The notes: generated by a model from the sequence alone, not told the origin. A stretch of 64,000 nt of DNA from the human T2T-CHM13v2.0 reference genome, Homo sapiens (GCF_009914755.1 NC_060929.1); one strand, 5' to 3'. Shown: positions 44,420-58,934, numbered from the stretch's first letter. Program-made: numbers and translations.

Positions 44420-45595
44420 AATTATCCTTCCATATTGCTGCAAGTGAAATTATTTTATTTTTTATAGCTGTGTAGTATTCATTGTGCATGTATGTGTGTG
44501 TATATATGTATATATGTATATCACATCATTTTCTTTATCCAGTTATCTGTTGATGGACACATGTTGATTCAATATCTTTGGTATTATGAATATTGCTGCT
44601 ATAAATAAATGAGTGCAAATATCTTTTTGGTATAATGATATTTTTTCTTTTGGGTATACACCCAGTATAGGATTGTTAGAGTGAATTGTGGCTCTTTAAT
44701 TCTTGAAAAAATTTTCATACTGTTTTAATAGAGGTGGGACAAATTTACATTCCTTCTAATTATACTATAAGGCTATAGTAACAAAAACAATACGATACTG
44801 ATATAAAAATGGACACAATACTCAATAGAGCAAAATAGAAAATCCAGGAATATAGTGACAAAGGCACTTTGTCACTTTATTAGTGGATATTTATAAAGGG
44901 ACCTACCTACAGTCAATGGATATTTGACAATGCTGAAAAAAAAACATACACTGGGAAAAGGATATTCCCTTTAATAAATAGTGCAGGGAAAATTGGAAAG
45001 CCACATGCAGAGGAATAAAACTGGGCCCCTATCTGTTGCCATCCACAAAGTTAACTCAGGATGAATTAAAGACTTAAATATAATACCTGAAGCTATAAAA
45101 ATAGTCATAGAAAACCTGGAAAAACTCTTCTAGACATTGGCCTTGGCAAAAAATTTGTGACTAAGACCTCAAAAGCAAATTTAGCAAAAACAAAAGTAGA
45201 CAAATGGGACTTAATTAAACAAAAAAGTTTCTGCACAGTAAAAGAAATAACTGAGGAAAGAGATAACCTGAAGAATGTGAGAAAATATTTGCAAACTATG
45301 CATCCAACTAAGTACTAATATCCAGAATAGACAAGAAATTCAAACAACTCAACAACAACAAAATAGATAACCCCATTAAAAAGTGGACAAAGTACATAAA
45401 CAGGCATTTCTCAAAAGCCAAGACATACAAGTGGACAGCAAACATATGAAATAATGCTCAATCTCATCATCAGAGAAATAAAAATTAAAACCACAATGAA
45501 ATGCCACCTTATACTAGTCAGAATGGCTATTTTTTAAAAGTCACAACGCATCAGGTATTGATGAGAATGTAGAGAAAAGTGAGTGAATCCTTATA
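44420..45595 (-). mobile_element. L1PB-type ORF2 end with 5' inversion
   Basis: 44420-44754 is antisense ('...caaatttacattcc'); 44755-45595 is sense ORF2 ending just upstream of that point in the L1 consensus. Confidence 0.8.
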
Positions 45596-46021
45596 TAGTA
45601 TAGGTGACATTTTTATTTATAGAATGTCAAAATAGAGAATTACTTAAAATTCATTTGAATTATAAAATATTAAAATGTAGATTATGAATATTTTGTACTT
45701 TCTAAAAGTTTAACCACAATAAAAATCCAAACTACCACTATTGTGTCCATAATAATTCGTAATTGTATGTGATGATGTTGAGAAATCTTCCTAAATATTA
45801 GGATTCAAGTCCCTCATTTATTTTAATGAAAACATCATCTTAAAAGCATTTCAAGGAATATAGCTCAATAATTCAACAAATAACATTTGCAAATTGATAA
45901 TCCATGTTTCAAAGACGTCAAGATGAACTCAAAGTCTATAGAGATACCCTTTTGATTCAAGGAAATAATGTTACCCTAAATGAGAGAAGATAGGGAAGAC
46001 TAAGTCAAATGAATCACTTTT

Positions 46022-46399
46022 TGATGTGGTTTGGCTGTGTCCCCACCCAGATCTCATTTTGAATTTTAGTTCTCATAATCCCCATGTGTCATGGGAGGGA
46101 CCTGGTGGGAGGTAATTGAATCATGAGGGTGGTTACCCTCCGTGCTGTTCTCGTGATAGTGAGTGAGTCTCACAAGATCTGATGGTTTTATAAGGGGATT
46201 CCACATTTGCTCAGCTCTCATTCTTCTCCTTCTTGCTGCCATGTGAAGAAGGACATGATTGCTTCCCCTTCCACCATGATTGTAAGTTTCCTGAATGTTC
46301 CCTAGCTGTACGGAACTGTTAGTCCATTAAAGTTCTTTTCCTTATAAATTACCCAGTCTGGGATATTTCTTCATAGCAGCATGAGAACAGACTAATACA
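46022..46399 (+). mobile_element. THE1 (THE1C-like) solo LTR
   Basis: 'tgatgtggtttggctgtgtccccaccc...cttcatagcagcatgagaacagactaataca'; cactt(t) on both flanks. Confidence 0.92.
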
Positions 46400-46404
46400 C
46401 ACTT

Positions 46405-47630
46405 TATTATTGATTTACATTTCTATGATCTTCAGTGATCTTGAGTATTTTTTAATGTTTGTTGGCAACTTGCATGTCTTCTTTTGATAAATGTCTGTTT
46501 ATGTCATTTGCCTACTTTGTAATGACATAATGTGTTTATTTATTTATTTATTTATTTATTGAGTTCCATGTAGATTCTGGATATTAGTACTTTGTTAGAT
46601 GCATAATTTGTGAATATATTCTCCTGTTCTGTAGGTTGTCTGTTTACTCTGTTGATTATTTCTTTTGCTGCGCAGATGATTTTTAGTTTACTTAGGTCCC
46701 ATTTGCCTATTATTATTTTTGTTTCATTTGCTTCTGATGACTTAGTCATAAATTCTTTGTCAAGGCTGATATTCAGTAAAGTTTTCCTAGGTTTTCTTCT
46801 AGGAATTTTATAGGTTTTTACATTTGAGTATTTAATCAATCTTGAGTTAATTTTTATATATGGTGAGATATAGGAATCCAGTTTTATTCTTGTGTATATG
46901 GATATCCAATTTTTCTAGTACAATTTATTGAAAAAGGTATCCTTTCCACATTGTTTATTAGTGCATGCTTTGTTGAAGATTAGTTGGTTGTAGGTATGTG
47001 GCTTTATTTCTTGGCTCTCTATTTAATTTTATTGAACTATGTATCTGTTTTTGTATTGGTACCATGCTGTTCTTGTTACTATAGGTTTGTAGTATAATTT
47101 GAAATGGGGTGATGTGCTGACTCCAGCTTTGTTCTTTTTGCTTAGAATTGCTTTGGCTATCTGGGTCATTTTTTCAATTCAGGATTTCATATAAACTTTG
47201 GGATTGTTGTTTTCTAATTCTGTGAAAAATGACATTGGTAGTTTGATAGAAATTTCATTGAAACTTTAGATTGCTTTGGACACCATGGTCATTTTTAATT
47301 TTTTTAAATCCATGAACATGGGATATTTTTCCATTAGTTTGTTTTATTTCAGGTTTCTTTCATCCATCTTTTGTAGTTCTTATTGTAGAAATATTTTACC
47401 TCCTTGGTTAAATGTATTTCTCAGTTATATGTGTGTGTGTGTGTGTGTGTGTGGCTATTGTAAATGAGATTGAGTTCTTGATTTTGTTCTCAGCTTGAAT
47501 ATTATTGCTATATAGAAATACTACTGATTTTGTACATTGACTTCGTATTCTGAAAATTTATTGCAGTAATTTGTCAAGTGTAGGAGTCTTTCACAGTCTT
47601 TAGGGTTTTCTTTGTATAAGACCATGCCAT
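46405..47630 (-). mobile_element. L1PB-type ORF2 fragment containing (TG)n at 47430-47453
   Basis: ORF 46552-46839 translates to ORF2p C-terminal motifs (KEFMTKS, KWDLSKLK, AKEIINRVNRQPTE, LISRIY). Confidence 0.88.
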
Positions 47631-48199
47631 CTCTTAATGTAACTTCATCCCAACTTTTGTGGTAATTTTTTTCTTGCTTTTTTTTATAATTTTATTTTCT
47701 AATTTGTTTATCCAGAAATACGATTTAGTTCTGTTTGGTATTAGACTTGAAAACAGTGCAAATTTTTTTTCTCAACATTTCATTTTTGAAATTCATCCAT
47801 GATTTTGCATAGTTCATTCATTTTTGTTGACGTATTGAGTAGTCTTAAGTTTCCAATTTCATTTTTAATAGTTATGCTTTTTCCAAAAATTTTATAATAA
47901 TTAGTAGTTTTATCATGACTATTCCTATATACATATTCATATAAATGCATGACTAAGAGTGCAATTGCTCATTTGGAGGGCATGCCATCTTTAGCACTAT
48001 GACTATTAAATAAATTTTTGCATCGATTAAGAGGGTGATATTCCACATGATCACCAGGACTGTGGATTGTCAGACATTTTAAGTAACTGTGGCTCCCCAT
48101 ACAGGATAACTTGGTTAAACTTGCTATTCACTTGGCATCGCTAGCATTATTTATTGTCATCATAAGAATGGAACCCAAAATTCTAGAGTTTTTAATCAA

Positions 48200-49090
48200 T
48201 TATCAAACAACAATTAATTGAATACCATGTAAGTTCCTAACCTTGTGCTAGCCGTTGTCCTACATTTGTGATAAGAATAGATAAAGTGCCCTTCTTCTAC
48301 CTAGCAGTTTAGACAATAAACAATGAGAAAAGAAATTAAATGTGTATTGTATGATAGCAGGTTAGTGATAATCACTAATAATCCAATGAGGTTATATGAT
48401 ACCAAAATATTGATTAGATCAGGAAATCACTGCTAAAGAGGAAATATTATTTATCAGTATGTTTATAACAGATGGAGCAATGAGTATAAAAGTCATGTGT
48501 TAGGGTATGCAAGGTGATGATATAGAGCAGAGTAATCAAGGCAAAGGATAATGGTAGGTGGAGAAGCCAGCTTATAGTTCTGAGCAAGATTATATCTTTA
48601 GCTTTTATTAGGTGAGTAAATGAAATACTTTTGAGATTTTCAGCTGGAAAAATGAAACTAATGTGAAATGTATTATATTGCCAGAGGTGACTTCCATTGC
48701 CTGGTGGGGAAGAGATTGGAGGAAGGATGGATAGTGGCAGCACACAGATACTGCTGAGAAGCTATTTTAGTAGTTCATGTAAGAGACAATCGTCAGATTT
48801 GCAATACATTTCCAGGTGAAATGTAATTGACTTTCTAATGGCTTGGAATGGTGTATATAAAACAGCTGGTAATGACTCCAAGTTTTGAAGCTTTAGAATA
48901 TAGATTAATAATGGCTCAAATTACTGAGTGAAAAATTACTGGGAAAGAAGCAGGATTGGCAGGATGCAGATAAAGAATTCTGTTTTACTTACTAAGGTTG
49001 AGATGCCTATTTGACATTCAAGGCAGTTGCAAATGAGATGAGTGTTCAGGAATGAGATATCAGCTAAAGATATAAATTTTAGCCTTGTGC
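48200..49090 (-). mobile_element. L2 relic
   Basis: 'aatgactccaagttttga', 'aagaattctgtttt...gttgagatgcctatttgacattcaag' and 'gctaaagatataaatttt'. Confidence 0.65.
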
Positions 49091-49727
49091 CCATATCTTA
49101 GCCGCAAGGAAGGATTTTATGAACTGCTGGTGAGACTGTAAATCAGTACAATCAATGTAGACAAAGAAATAAATGCATACACCATGTCATCTTGTAATAA
49201 CTCCCAACCCCCAACACCTAAAGAAGAGACTGTATGTGTAAGTTGGGAGTGTATTGTGGAGTAAGAATAAGAAACAGGATGGGTGCTATAGGGAGAGAGA
49301 GTAAAATCTAGAACACATTATTAAGTTAGGTGATGGAATACTATATGACCATTCACTGAAGTGAAACAACAGGGGAAATATGTATCCATCAGCTCTAGGA
49401 GTTCCATATTTCAAGCATAGCCTCATGGATGCTAACTTCTCAATGTGTCTAGACAGTGCATTTATGAGTCCCAAGCAAAATGCCTACAACAATCCACACA
49501 ACATTGTCTGAGAAATCCCACAGCAGAAAGTGAATTCTTGCTCTAGTCTGAAGCCACATACTATCACTTCCATCTTTATGAAACTGACCAAAGTCTACAT
49601 AAAAATGGTAACCAAGGCTCTGACTGGAAGAAGATGTAATGCTGAGAGGGTCTGCAGTGATGTAAGATCCAGTACACCCTATGATTTTTAAATTTTGTTC
49701 CTGGGTTTATATCCTAGAGAAACTCTG

Positions 49728-49835
49728 ACATATATATGTGTATATATATATATTTATATATATACACATTTACATATATATATATTTATATATATACACA
49801 TTTACATATATATATATACACACATACACACACAT
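49728..49835. repeat. (TA)n/(CA)n tract containing a duplicated unit of about 32 bp
   Basis: 'tatatatatatttatatatatacacatttaca' occurs twice in tandem. Confidence 0.85.
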
Positions 49836-50011
49836 TCATAGCAGCTTTTTGTTGAAATAACAAAAAATGAGAAAAAAACTAAATGGCAATATAATGAACA
49901 AAAGGGAGCTGTGTTTTGATATTTTTATATGGTACAATGCTAAACAGCATTTAAAATAATTGATAAGAGTTATATGTGCCAACATAGATGGACATCATCA
50001 ATGTCATATAA

Positions 50012-50330
<319 letters not shown>

Positions 50331-50791
50331 ATGATAGACACATTTTTAACTTCTAAAAATATATGATCTTGATTCAATTGTGTCTGTGGAGACTTGCACG
50401 TATACTAAATTTTAAACAATTAGAGATATTTGTTCATTACCACATTTTAGGAGTCATTATTTCCTCTATGAAGAGAGAAAGGAATTTGATACAAGTTCAC
50501 AGGGGCTTCCAATAGATTAAGACTTTTATTTCTAGCTGAGCCGCTGATAGATGACTTTTTTTTTGTTATTATGACTTTCATATGTATTAAAAATAAAATG
50601 AAAAAACAAGGATTAGGTGAGGAACCTATACGTCTCTAATATGCAGAATACCACAGAAATAATGACTATTGGGAAATTAGGCCTTAGGTCTGATGTTTGA
50701 ACCATCCCCTCAGTGTTTCCCAGTGCTTCTTAGAGTATTTTGACCACCTCTGTGTTGGTGCTTTAGAACTAGAGAAAGCCGTTTTGTTAAC

Positions 50792-51062
<271 letters not shown>

Positions 51063-51069
51063 TTTTGTT

Positions 51070-51440
51070 AACTTTTAGTTTAAGTTCAGGAGTACACGTG
51101 CAGGTTTGTTATACAGGTAAACTCGTGTCATGGGGATTTGTTGTACAGGTTATGTTGTCACCCAGGTATTAAGCTTAGTACCCATTAGTTACTTTTCCTG
51201 AACCTCTCCCTTTTCCCACCCGCTACTCTCAGGTAGGTCCGAGCGTGTGGTGTTCTCCTCTATAAGTCCATGTGTTCTTATCATTTGGCTCACATTTATA
51301 AATAAGAACATGCTGCATTTGTTTTTCTGTTCCTGCGTTAGTGGGAGCTGAGGATGGGTGGAGCTGAGGATAATGGTCTCCAGCTCCACCCATGTTCCTG
51401 CAAAGGACATGATCTTGTTCTTTTATATGGATGAATACTA
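51070..51440 (-). mobile_element. L1PA13-16-type 3' end
   Basis: 'ttaagttcaggagtacacgtgcaggtttgttatacaggtaaactcgtgtcatgggg...cctgcaaaggacatgatcttgttc'. Confidence 0.88.
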
Positions 51441-51518
51441 CAAAGTCTTCCAAACTGTTTTGGTTTTGGTTTGTTTTCTTTCTTGAGAAAGGAAAGACAA
51501 AATAGAAATAAAAGAGTA

Positions 51519-51829
51519 GGCCGAGCGGGGTGGCTCACGCCTGTAATCCCAGCACTTTAGCAGGCTGAGGCAGATGGATCACTAGGGGTCAGGAGTTTGA
51601 GACCAGCCTGAACAACATGGTGAAATCCCGTCTCCACTAAAAATACAAAAAATCAGCCAGGCATGGTGGCACATGCCTGTAATCCCAGCTACTAGGGAGC
51701 CTGAGGCAGGAGAATCGCTTGAATCTGGGAGGCAATGGGTTGCAGGGTGTGCCGGGATGGCACCACAGCCTGGGTGAAAGAGTGAGACTCCGTCTCAAAA
51801 AAAAAAAATAAAATAAAAAAGGGAGAGAG
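51519..51829 (+). mobile_element. AluSx-like
   Basis: Alu dimer with A-tail. TSD aaagagta at 51511 and 51830. Confidence 0.92.
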
Positions 51830-52502
51830 AAAGAGTACAAATGTATGGCAGAAATCAAGAGAAGAGTTTGCTTTTTTGAATAACTACACCCTGGACATTA
51901 GTTTCAAGAGAACCGTCTGCTGGAAATATAACTATATGTTTAAGTTGATGGATCATTATTACACATAGCATAAAGAAAGTCACTCCTTGCTAGAAAGCCC
52001 TGTGTAGGCCATCAGGCATCACAGTGTGGAGTTATCTAAGCAGGCACCAAGGTAGGATATCTGAATAACTGATTTATTTCCATGTTTACTGAGAATATTC
52101 ATTGCAACAAGTCAGTAGAGAAACAGTAAAGAGGGCAGGCATGGCTATGCTTCTATAGAATCTATTGAAGAGGAGATAATTTCAAATAACCCGATAAAGT
52201 AAATGAGTAGTCAAATTTTGAAAAGGACTATTAACTCACAAACAGGAAACTATAGTAGAAAATAGTTGGTTGAAGGCCGAATGCCCAGTTCAGAAAAGAT
52301 TCCTCTGAAAAGCAATATATAAGCATAGACTTCGAGGATGAGGAGTCAGTCATTTTGAAAGAGCAGATGAAGAAAGTTTCAGGACAAAGAAACAGCATCT
52401 GCAAAGACCTCAACCAAGAAATCACACAGAAAATGTTGAATTTAATCTGTTGCTAGACAAAAGTGAGCTACGGATCATATGGTCTTGGATGAGGGAGACA
52501 GA

Positions 52503-52858
52503 TGATATAGTTTGGATGTCCCGCCCAAATCTCATGTTGAAACGAGATCCCCAGTGCTGAAGGTGGAGCCTGGTGGGAAGTGTTTGGATCACGGGGTCGA
52601 ATCCTTCGTGGCTTGGTGCTGTCTCCATGGTAGTGCACCTACCCCAACACACTCTCTCTCTCTTGCTCCTGCTTTCACCATGGGAAGCGCCTGCTCCTGC
52701 TTTGCCTTCTGTCATGAGTAAAAGCTCCCTGAGGCCTCTCCAGAAGCAGATGCCACTGTGCTTCCTGTACAGCCTGCAGAACTGTGAGTCAATTAAACAT
52801 TTTTATAATATCCAGTCTCAGATATTTCTTCAAAGCAATACAAGAACGGCCTAATATA
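52503..52858 (+). mobile_element. MSTB-like MaLR solo LTR
   Basis: 'tgatatagtttggatgtcccgcccaaatctcatgttgaaa...cctgtacagcctgcagaactgtgagtcaattaaac'. Perfect TSD acaga at 52498-52502 and 52859-52863. Confidence 0.92.
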
Positions 52859-53394
52859 ACAGATAAGCAGGGACTAAAGTCATCAAAATTAGAATTGTGC
52901 TTTAAATTTTGATTGCATTGAAAAGGCAGATGCTTTGAGGCTAGAATGAGGTAACAACTGTTTTTTTGTTTTGTTTTGTTTGCTCTTAACAAATTAGTCT
53001 GACTTCAGTCCATAGTAAATTGGAGAGGAACTGGTAGAAGATAAAAGAACTAGTAAAAAGCCATTGTAAATACTCAAGTTTCAAAAACAATTTTGTGGTA
53101 AGGGCAAATCCTCAGGTCAAGAAAAGTGTGTTACTAAATTCTGTTAGTTTCCAGAAGAAAGATAAAGTCATATGACACAGATTTTACTCCTTACGTTAGA
53201 GAGTGTGCTAAGGATACCATCCACATTTTCCAACATTTATTCCCATCACATTTTATGATCTTCATTTCTAGTCCATCCTCCTTATTTCTAGCAACAGTCT
53301 GTGAAATTTCTTACATTAATAGAAATAATTTATTAATTATTAATTAATAAATTATTAAGAAATTTAATAAGAAATAATAAAAAATTAATATTCA

Positions 53395-53590
53395 GCAATA
53401 TGCTAAACATTGTTGAAACATTGTCTCAATATTACTCTTGGAAGAGCTCTGAGGTAGACAATATTTCCAATATATGAGTCATGAGGAAACTGAGGAATGG
53501 AGAGATTAAACAACTTGTTGAGGGTAGCATAATTGTAAATGGTGAAGACATAATACAAATCCTAATATCTATGACTCTAATGCTTTAAAA
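53395..53590 (-). mobile_element. MIR
   Basis: MIR core 'atgaggaaactgaggaatggagagattaaacaacttg'. Confidence 0.75.
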
Positions 53591-53639
53591 AATCATTATA
53601 TATACTACGCTGTCTCTCTGATGTGTGAATCTACCCAGT

Positions 53640-54420
53640 TCTAATTCATTATTTATAACAAGTATTTGTTGCCAGGTAGCATTCTAGGCTTTGGGGATAC
53701 ATCTTTGAAAAAGCTTATAGAAATCTCTGTCCTCAGGGAACTAATATTCTAGGGACTATACAATAAACAATAAGCAAAAATGTAACATGTATAGTGTGTT
53801 AGACTGTATTAAGTGCAATGGCAAAAAATTAAGAATGGAGAATGTCTAAGGGGACAGATTGTTTGGAATTTGAATAAAGTGGCTATGGAAAACCTCACTG
53901 AGATAATGGCATCTGACCAAAGGCATGAGGAAGATATAGAACGAACCATATCTGTTGCATGTTTAGTAATAACAAATAAACTACTGTACATGAAGCTGAG
54001 TGAGAAAATTACATAGTGGAAAGAGGGAAGTCCATGGAAGAATTGGGGGCTCCATGTGGTGCAGCACCTATAAAGCATTGTGCAAGTTCTGACTTTTACA
54101 ATGAATGAAATGAGAGATCAGAGTTTTACACAGAAAAAGGTAATAACCTGATACATGTTTTAAAGTGATTATACAAGTTGCTCTTTTGAGGATGTACTGA
54201 AGGTTGCCTTATGCAGAATCAGAAACACCTGTTTGCTGGCCATTTCAATAACCTGGGCAATAAATGATGGTGTTAGCACCAGGATGCTAGCGGGGAAAGT
54301 AGCAAAAATGATCAGAATTGAGCTGTATTTTGAATATACAGTTAATAAGTTTTGTGGCATGACAGAAAAATGATTCCATGATATTTGTATTGAGCAACCT
54401 TGTTGATTTGATATTCAAAC
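53640..54420 (-). mobile_element. L2a 3' region
   Basis: 'ttcattatttataacaagtatttgttgccaggtagcattctaggctttggggatac...ctctgtcctcagggaactaatattctag'. Confidence 0.72.
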
Positions 54421-57400
54421 TAAGTCCTAATATTAAACAATGTAGGAATTTCAATGAAAATATGACCAAAGGGAGAAAATGGCTCCCAACCTACTGTAAT
54501 TAGAGTTCCCTTCTGTTGTTTTAAAATGCTACTATGGATAGAGAAAACAAGATATGGATTTGGGAGAAAATTACCCACAGTCTAATTGTAGATTTATTGA
54601 CTTAAATGTTACATGGCAATAAAATTGAAAGAAAAATAAGAAGAAATTCTGAAAGCCAGCATGTTAGATTTATTCCCTCCACAAAAAGAATTGCTAATAT
54701 TTATAAAGTGAGATAATATGCCAAACACTTGTACTTGGCATAATTGCATTTTCTCAACAAATGCTGTATAATCAACATTGTTTTATTTGTATATGTGTGA
54801 AAAATCATGACACCTGCAGTTTAAGTTACATTTGTATGAAACAGTCAATATGTGGCAGAGCCAGAATAAAGCCCACATTTAGATGAAAGGAATTCTCTTT
54901 CCATTGCACAAACCCATATTGCCTGTGGAAACCCTAAACAAGCTATTTAAATTTGTTGGAATTCAGTTTTTCAACTTTTTAAAACTAAGAGTCCAGTTCT
55001 AAATCAAGTTTATGTTTAAATTGTTCACTTATGCTTAGTATGTACATTATTCCAAAATGTGAATTGGTCCCAAATATCATATTCATTCTAACAGTGGACA
55101 TTAAAAGTTTAAAAGATATCTGTTATGTTGTTGAACTGATTATATTTTATCAGAAAGTGAAAGGAACTACTCAGCATATTTCTAATGAGTATACAGAGGA
55201 AAAGTATTTTGCCTCATTTAATTTTGTAAAATCTCTCTCTGGCACATAATTCAAAGTCTTTTTTTGCCCACAGGAATAGTGAAGCAGGTATGTATTAATT
55301 CACATCATAATGCAAGAATAGGTAGCAATAAAACACTGGCATTTTCCAAATTGCCAGTATAAAGAATTGTCAGAAGAACATGGGTATTATCTTCAGATTC
55401 TCCAAGGGGTTAACCTTTATGTTATCTGTTAAATATGAATTATGTATTAACTTCTCATATTTCATATATAAAACTTTGTGCCTTGGTCCTGTTCCTCAGG
55501 ATGACCTTGATGTAATCAGAAATAATAGTGTTCTTTACCAAAGACATTAATCAATAACTTTATAATATGAAGCACTATGAATATTTAATGGTTCAGCTTG
55601 AATAATTCAAATCCTGTATTACTAAAAAATAAAGTCAATTGAGTGACTGAGAGTTCTATATCCCAAAATTCCTACTCTGCTTACTACCTATTCTATTTAC
55701 TATTCTCTTTACTATTTGAGAAGGATATGGAGTTGAATATGTTGCAAACATCATGTATCTTTTGTTCGATTTTCTTGAACACGTCATATTTTTTTTTAGT
55801 TCATTTTCTGAATATAAGTAATTTTTGGTGAATTAATACTTTAAACAAGAGTTCACCTGGAAAGCAGTAGGCTAAATTTCATTAAAAATATTTTATTAAC
55901 ATACCTTAAAAATTTAATAGGACAATGCATCAAAGAACAATTTCAAAATAAAAACACAGAAAATAAATGACCAGCAAAATTGCATTGAAGTCTTAAAAAC
56001 AGAAATAAATACCTTAATAATCATAGGTAATACGGAAATCCAATGTATGACTTACCTATAGAAAACCCTTGTAAAATTTCATTTAAATCTAATGTCAATA
56101 TGAACTATGTAGGAAGTCCATTAATAAATAAGAATATTATATAGGTACACATGTATATATTCATTTTAAGCCATATGCAGCCCTATTTGAAAATGTTAAA
56201 AAAGTCATCAGGATTAGTCCATTCTGATTATTAAAAAATAAAATTGTCGTTGCTCATTGTAGAAGATAAATGTCAGCTGTGCAGTGGATGTGTTTATAGC
56301 CACCCAGTAATCCTATCGCCTCAATAATGCATTTCCCTTTTTTTAGTTAAAAACTTAATTGCATTAAGAAACTGTATGTGTTTAGGAATATGAATATAGA
56401 AGGAGTAAACATCGTTTAGTAAAATAAGTTTTACTTGCATATTAAAATTTACTGTGTTTGTGAAGATGCTGATAGTACATTACATATGGAGATTCAAGTG
56501 TGCATAGTCACTAATTCTTTAAACTATGTTTGATATTAGTAATAATTTACATATATATCAGAATTTAATTGAAAAATACTAAATGACTGCTAATATACAT
56601 TATTCTTCTGAGTTGCATTTTTGCTTAATGAAATAGAATTTTTAAAAAAATGTTTATTTTACCTTTATTCCTACTAGATTATACATTTCATTGGAACAGC
56701 ATTATATGTTTATTAGTGTATTTGTTTACCTATATTAGAAATTGACTTTGAAATAAACCAGATATAATAGCATTGTTGTAGATGTATTTATTGTGGTAAA
56801 AATAATATTCTGCATCTGAGTTTTGAGCAAGGAGATTTTACAAATGGCAGAAAACTACAAGACCCTCTTAACTTATCTTAGAAATGTAAGTAAAGAAGAT
56901 AAAAATTAAAATGATAACGAAAAGCATTTGGGGTATAGTATCATTGTGCTTCCCAGGAGAATGAGTTGTAAGTGCTCACTCCGCATTTTTCAGTAACATA
57001 TACTTAAAGTAAGCACACAGGGGCTACAAACGCTACTTTTTGGTTCAATATGACCTGAGCAGTTAATTACTCGTAAGGGGAAGAAGCAAGAATGGGCTCA
57101 GGGAGGGAGACAGAGAAAGATTGGGCGGGGCGGGGAGGGAGGGAGAGTTTCACCTGTATCTAAAACAGATCAGAAGCAATTTCTTCCTCCATCTCCTCAC
57201 TTCTCTATTTCTACTAATAAAAAGCGAAACCAGACAAAATAGATTATTGTGTCATTTTTGTTTTCTTATTTTGTAATACACAGAAAAACTCAAGCTGGAG
57301 AGGGAAATGAACAGATGCATATGGCTGGAAAGACTCAGTACTAATCTCTACAACGTTGTTTTAATAGAACGGAGACAAGACCACATACTTTCTTACAATA

Positions 57401-57459
57401 ACGAGGATCAATAAAGACAAAACTGACACTTTGTAATGAATAACGATCTAAACACTCAC

Positions 57460-57590
57460 CTGAGAAAGCATCTCTTCGTTGCAGGTTTTTGGAAATGGGC
57501 TATATTTTTTGAATCATAACCGATATGTACTGCCATAAACAAGAGGATTTCAAGCCAGCTCCATATGGTCGAAAATTATTTTATTTATTA
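57460..57590 (-). other. Candidate 131-nt internal exon, probably non-coding
   Basis: Minus strand: acceptor 'cttacacttttctcttAG|' and donor 'CAG|GTGAGT' flank sequence I do not recognise as a repeat. No transcript evidence is available. Confidence 0.35.
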
Positions 57591-58934
57591 CTAAGAGAAA
57601 AGTGTAAGACAAGTCCTGTGGTAAAAACAGATTTATTGCCTCTGCTATTCACCTGTGTTATTTCTTCATATATTACCATTGACATATTTTATCCATTCTT
57701 CACAGCAATGGCTTTGCCGTGGCAAATTAAATATCTCATTGTCCTTCTCTGTCCATTTTGCATTATAATGTTTCTGAGTAGACTTTTATAGTTCTCTCAC
57801 AGAATTATAGCAAGTCTTTAAATAAAAACAAAATTGAAACAAAAATTTTTGACTCAACTTAAAATCCCTCTTTATTTTATAATTTGGATTTTTGAGTAAA
57901 ATATGCTATATCCTATTTAACAAGAACTTTCATATGTAATGTATCAATGGAATTACCTAAAGCTCATTTGGTTTTGCATAAAAACACAGAGTAAAAACAT
58001 TCTAAAATAGACACTGGAATAAAAACAATGAAAGCAAAACTATTAATTTTACATTTTTCATTCAGGCAGTTTGATTTTTACTATATTATATTATTACATT
58101 AGGTATTAGAGTAATCATTGACTGCTTTCAAAACCCTGCTCCTTTCTAGGTGCAATGAAGAATTTTTATTTTATTGAAAAATTATCTTACAACGTAAGAC
58201 TGTGAGTGATAGCAAAGATTTAGTAGACCCAATGTATTCTCAGATAAATGTAAAATTAGCAAGATATGAATTAAAGGGTAAATATAGAGTTTAACAGCAT
58301 AGATCTTAAAATCCATTATCATAAGGTAGAAGGATGTATAATTTATCATGATTAAAATATACTAAATGTTCATATCACAGCATTCTGATTTCTGATATCT
58401 ACAATTTAGGTGACATATATACATATGTATATATATAACTATATTATTTGATATTTTAAAAGATCAAAGAGTTTTTCTCCTTTCCCAGCATTACCCATCA
58501 CTTTTCTTAGGCACTGGATGATTTTTGAAGTTGTATACATGACACATAGCACTAGATTTAAAAAGTGAAAATAAACTTACTGTCCATCAGTAAGGGAATG
58601 GACTAATACACTATGATTTATTCATACAATAGAAATAATGAGAGATACATAATCAAAATGAACAACTCCAGAAATGAATGTTGAGTTAGAAAAAGAAGAT
58701 AAATACCCATTTTAGAACTCTGATATATATATGATATATATAAATATATATTTATATATATAATTCTTTAAATTTTTATAGAAACAAAGAAGGATTGTGG
58801 CATAAGGCTTTGGTATCTTCTATTTTTATTTCTGAATAAAAAAGACACTTATGATAGCTATTATAAAATTTTGATACTTGATAATCTACATGAACAGTGC
58901 TGTCATTTCATGCACTTTCATGCATGTTTCAAAT

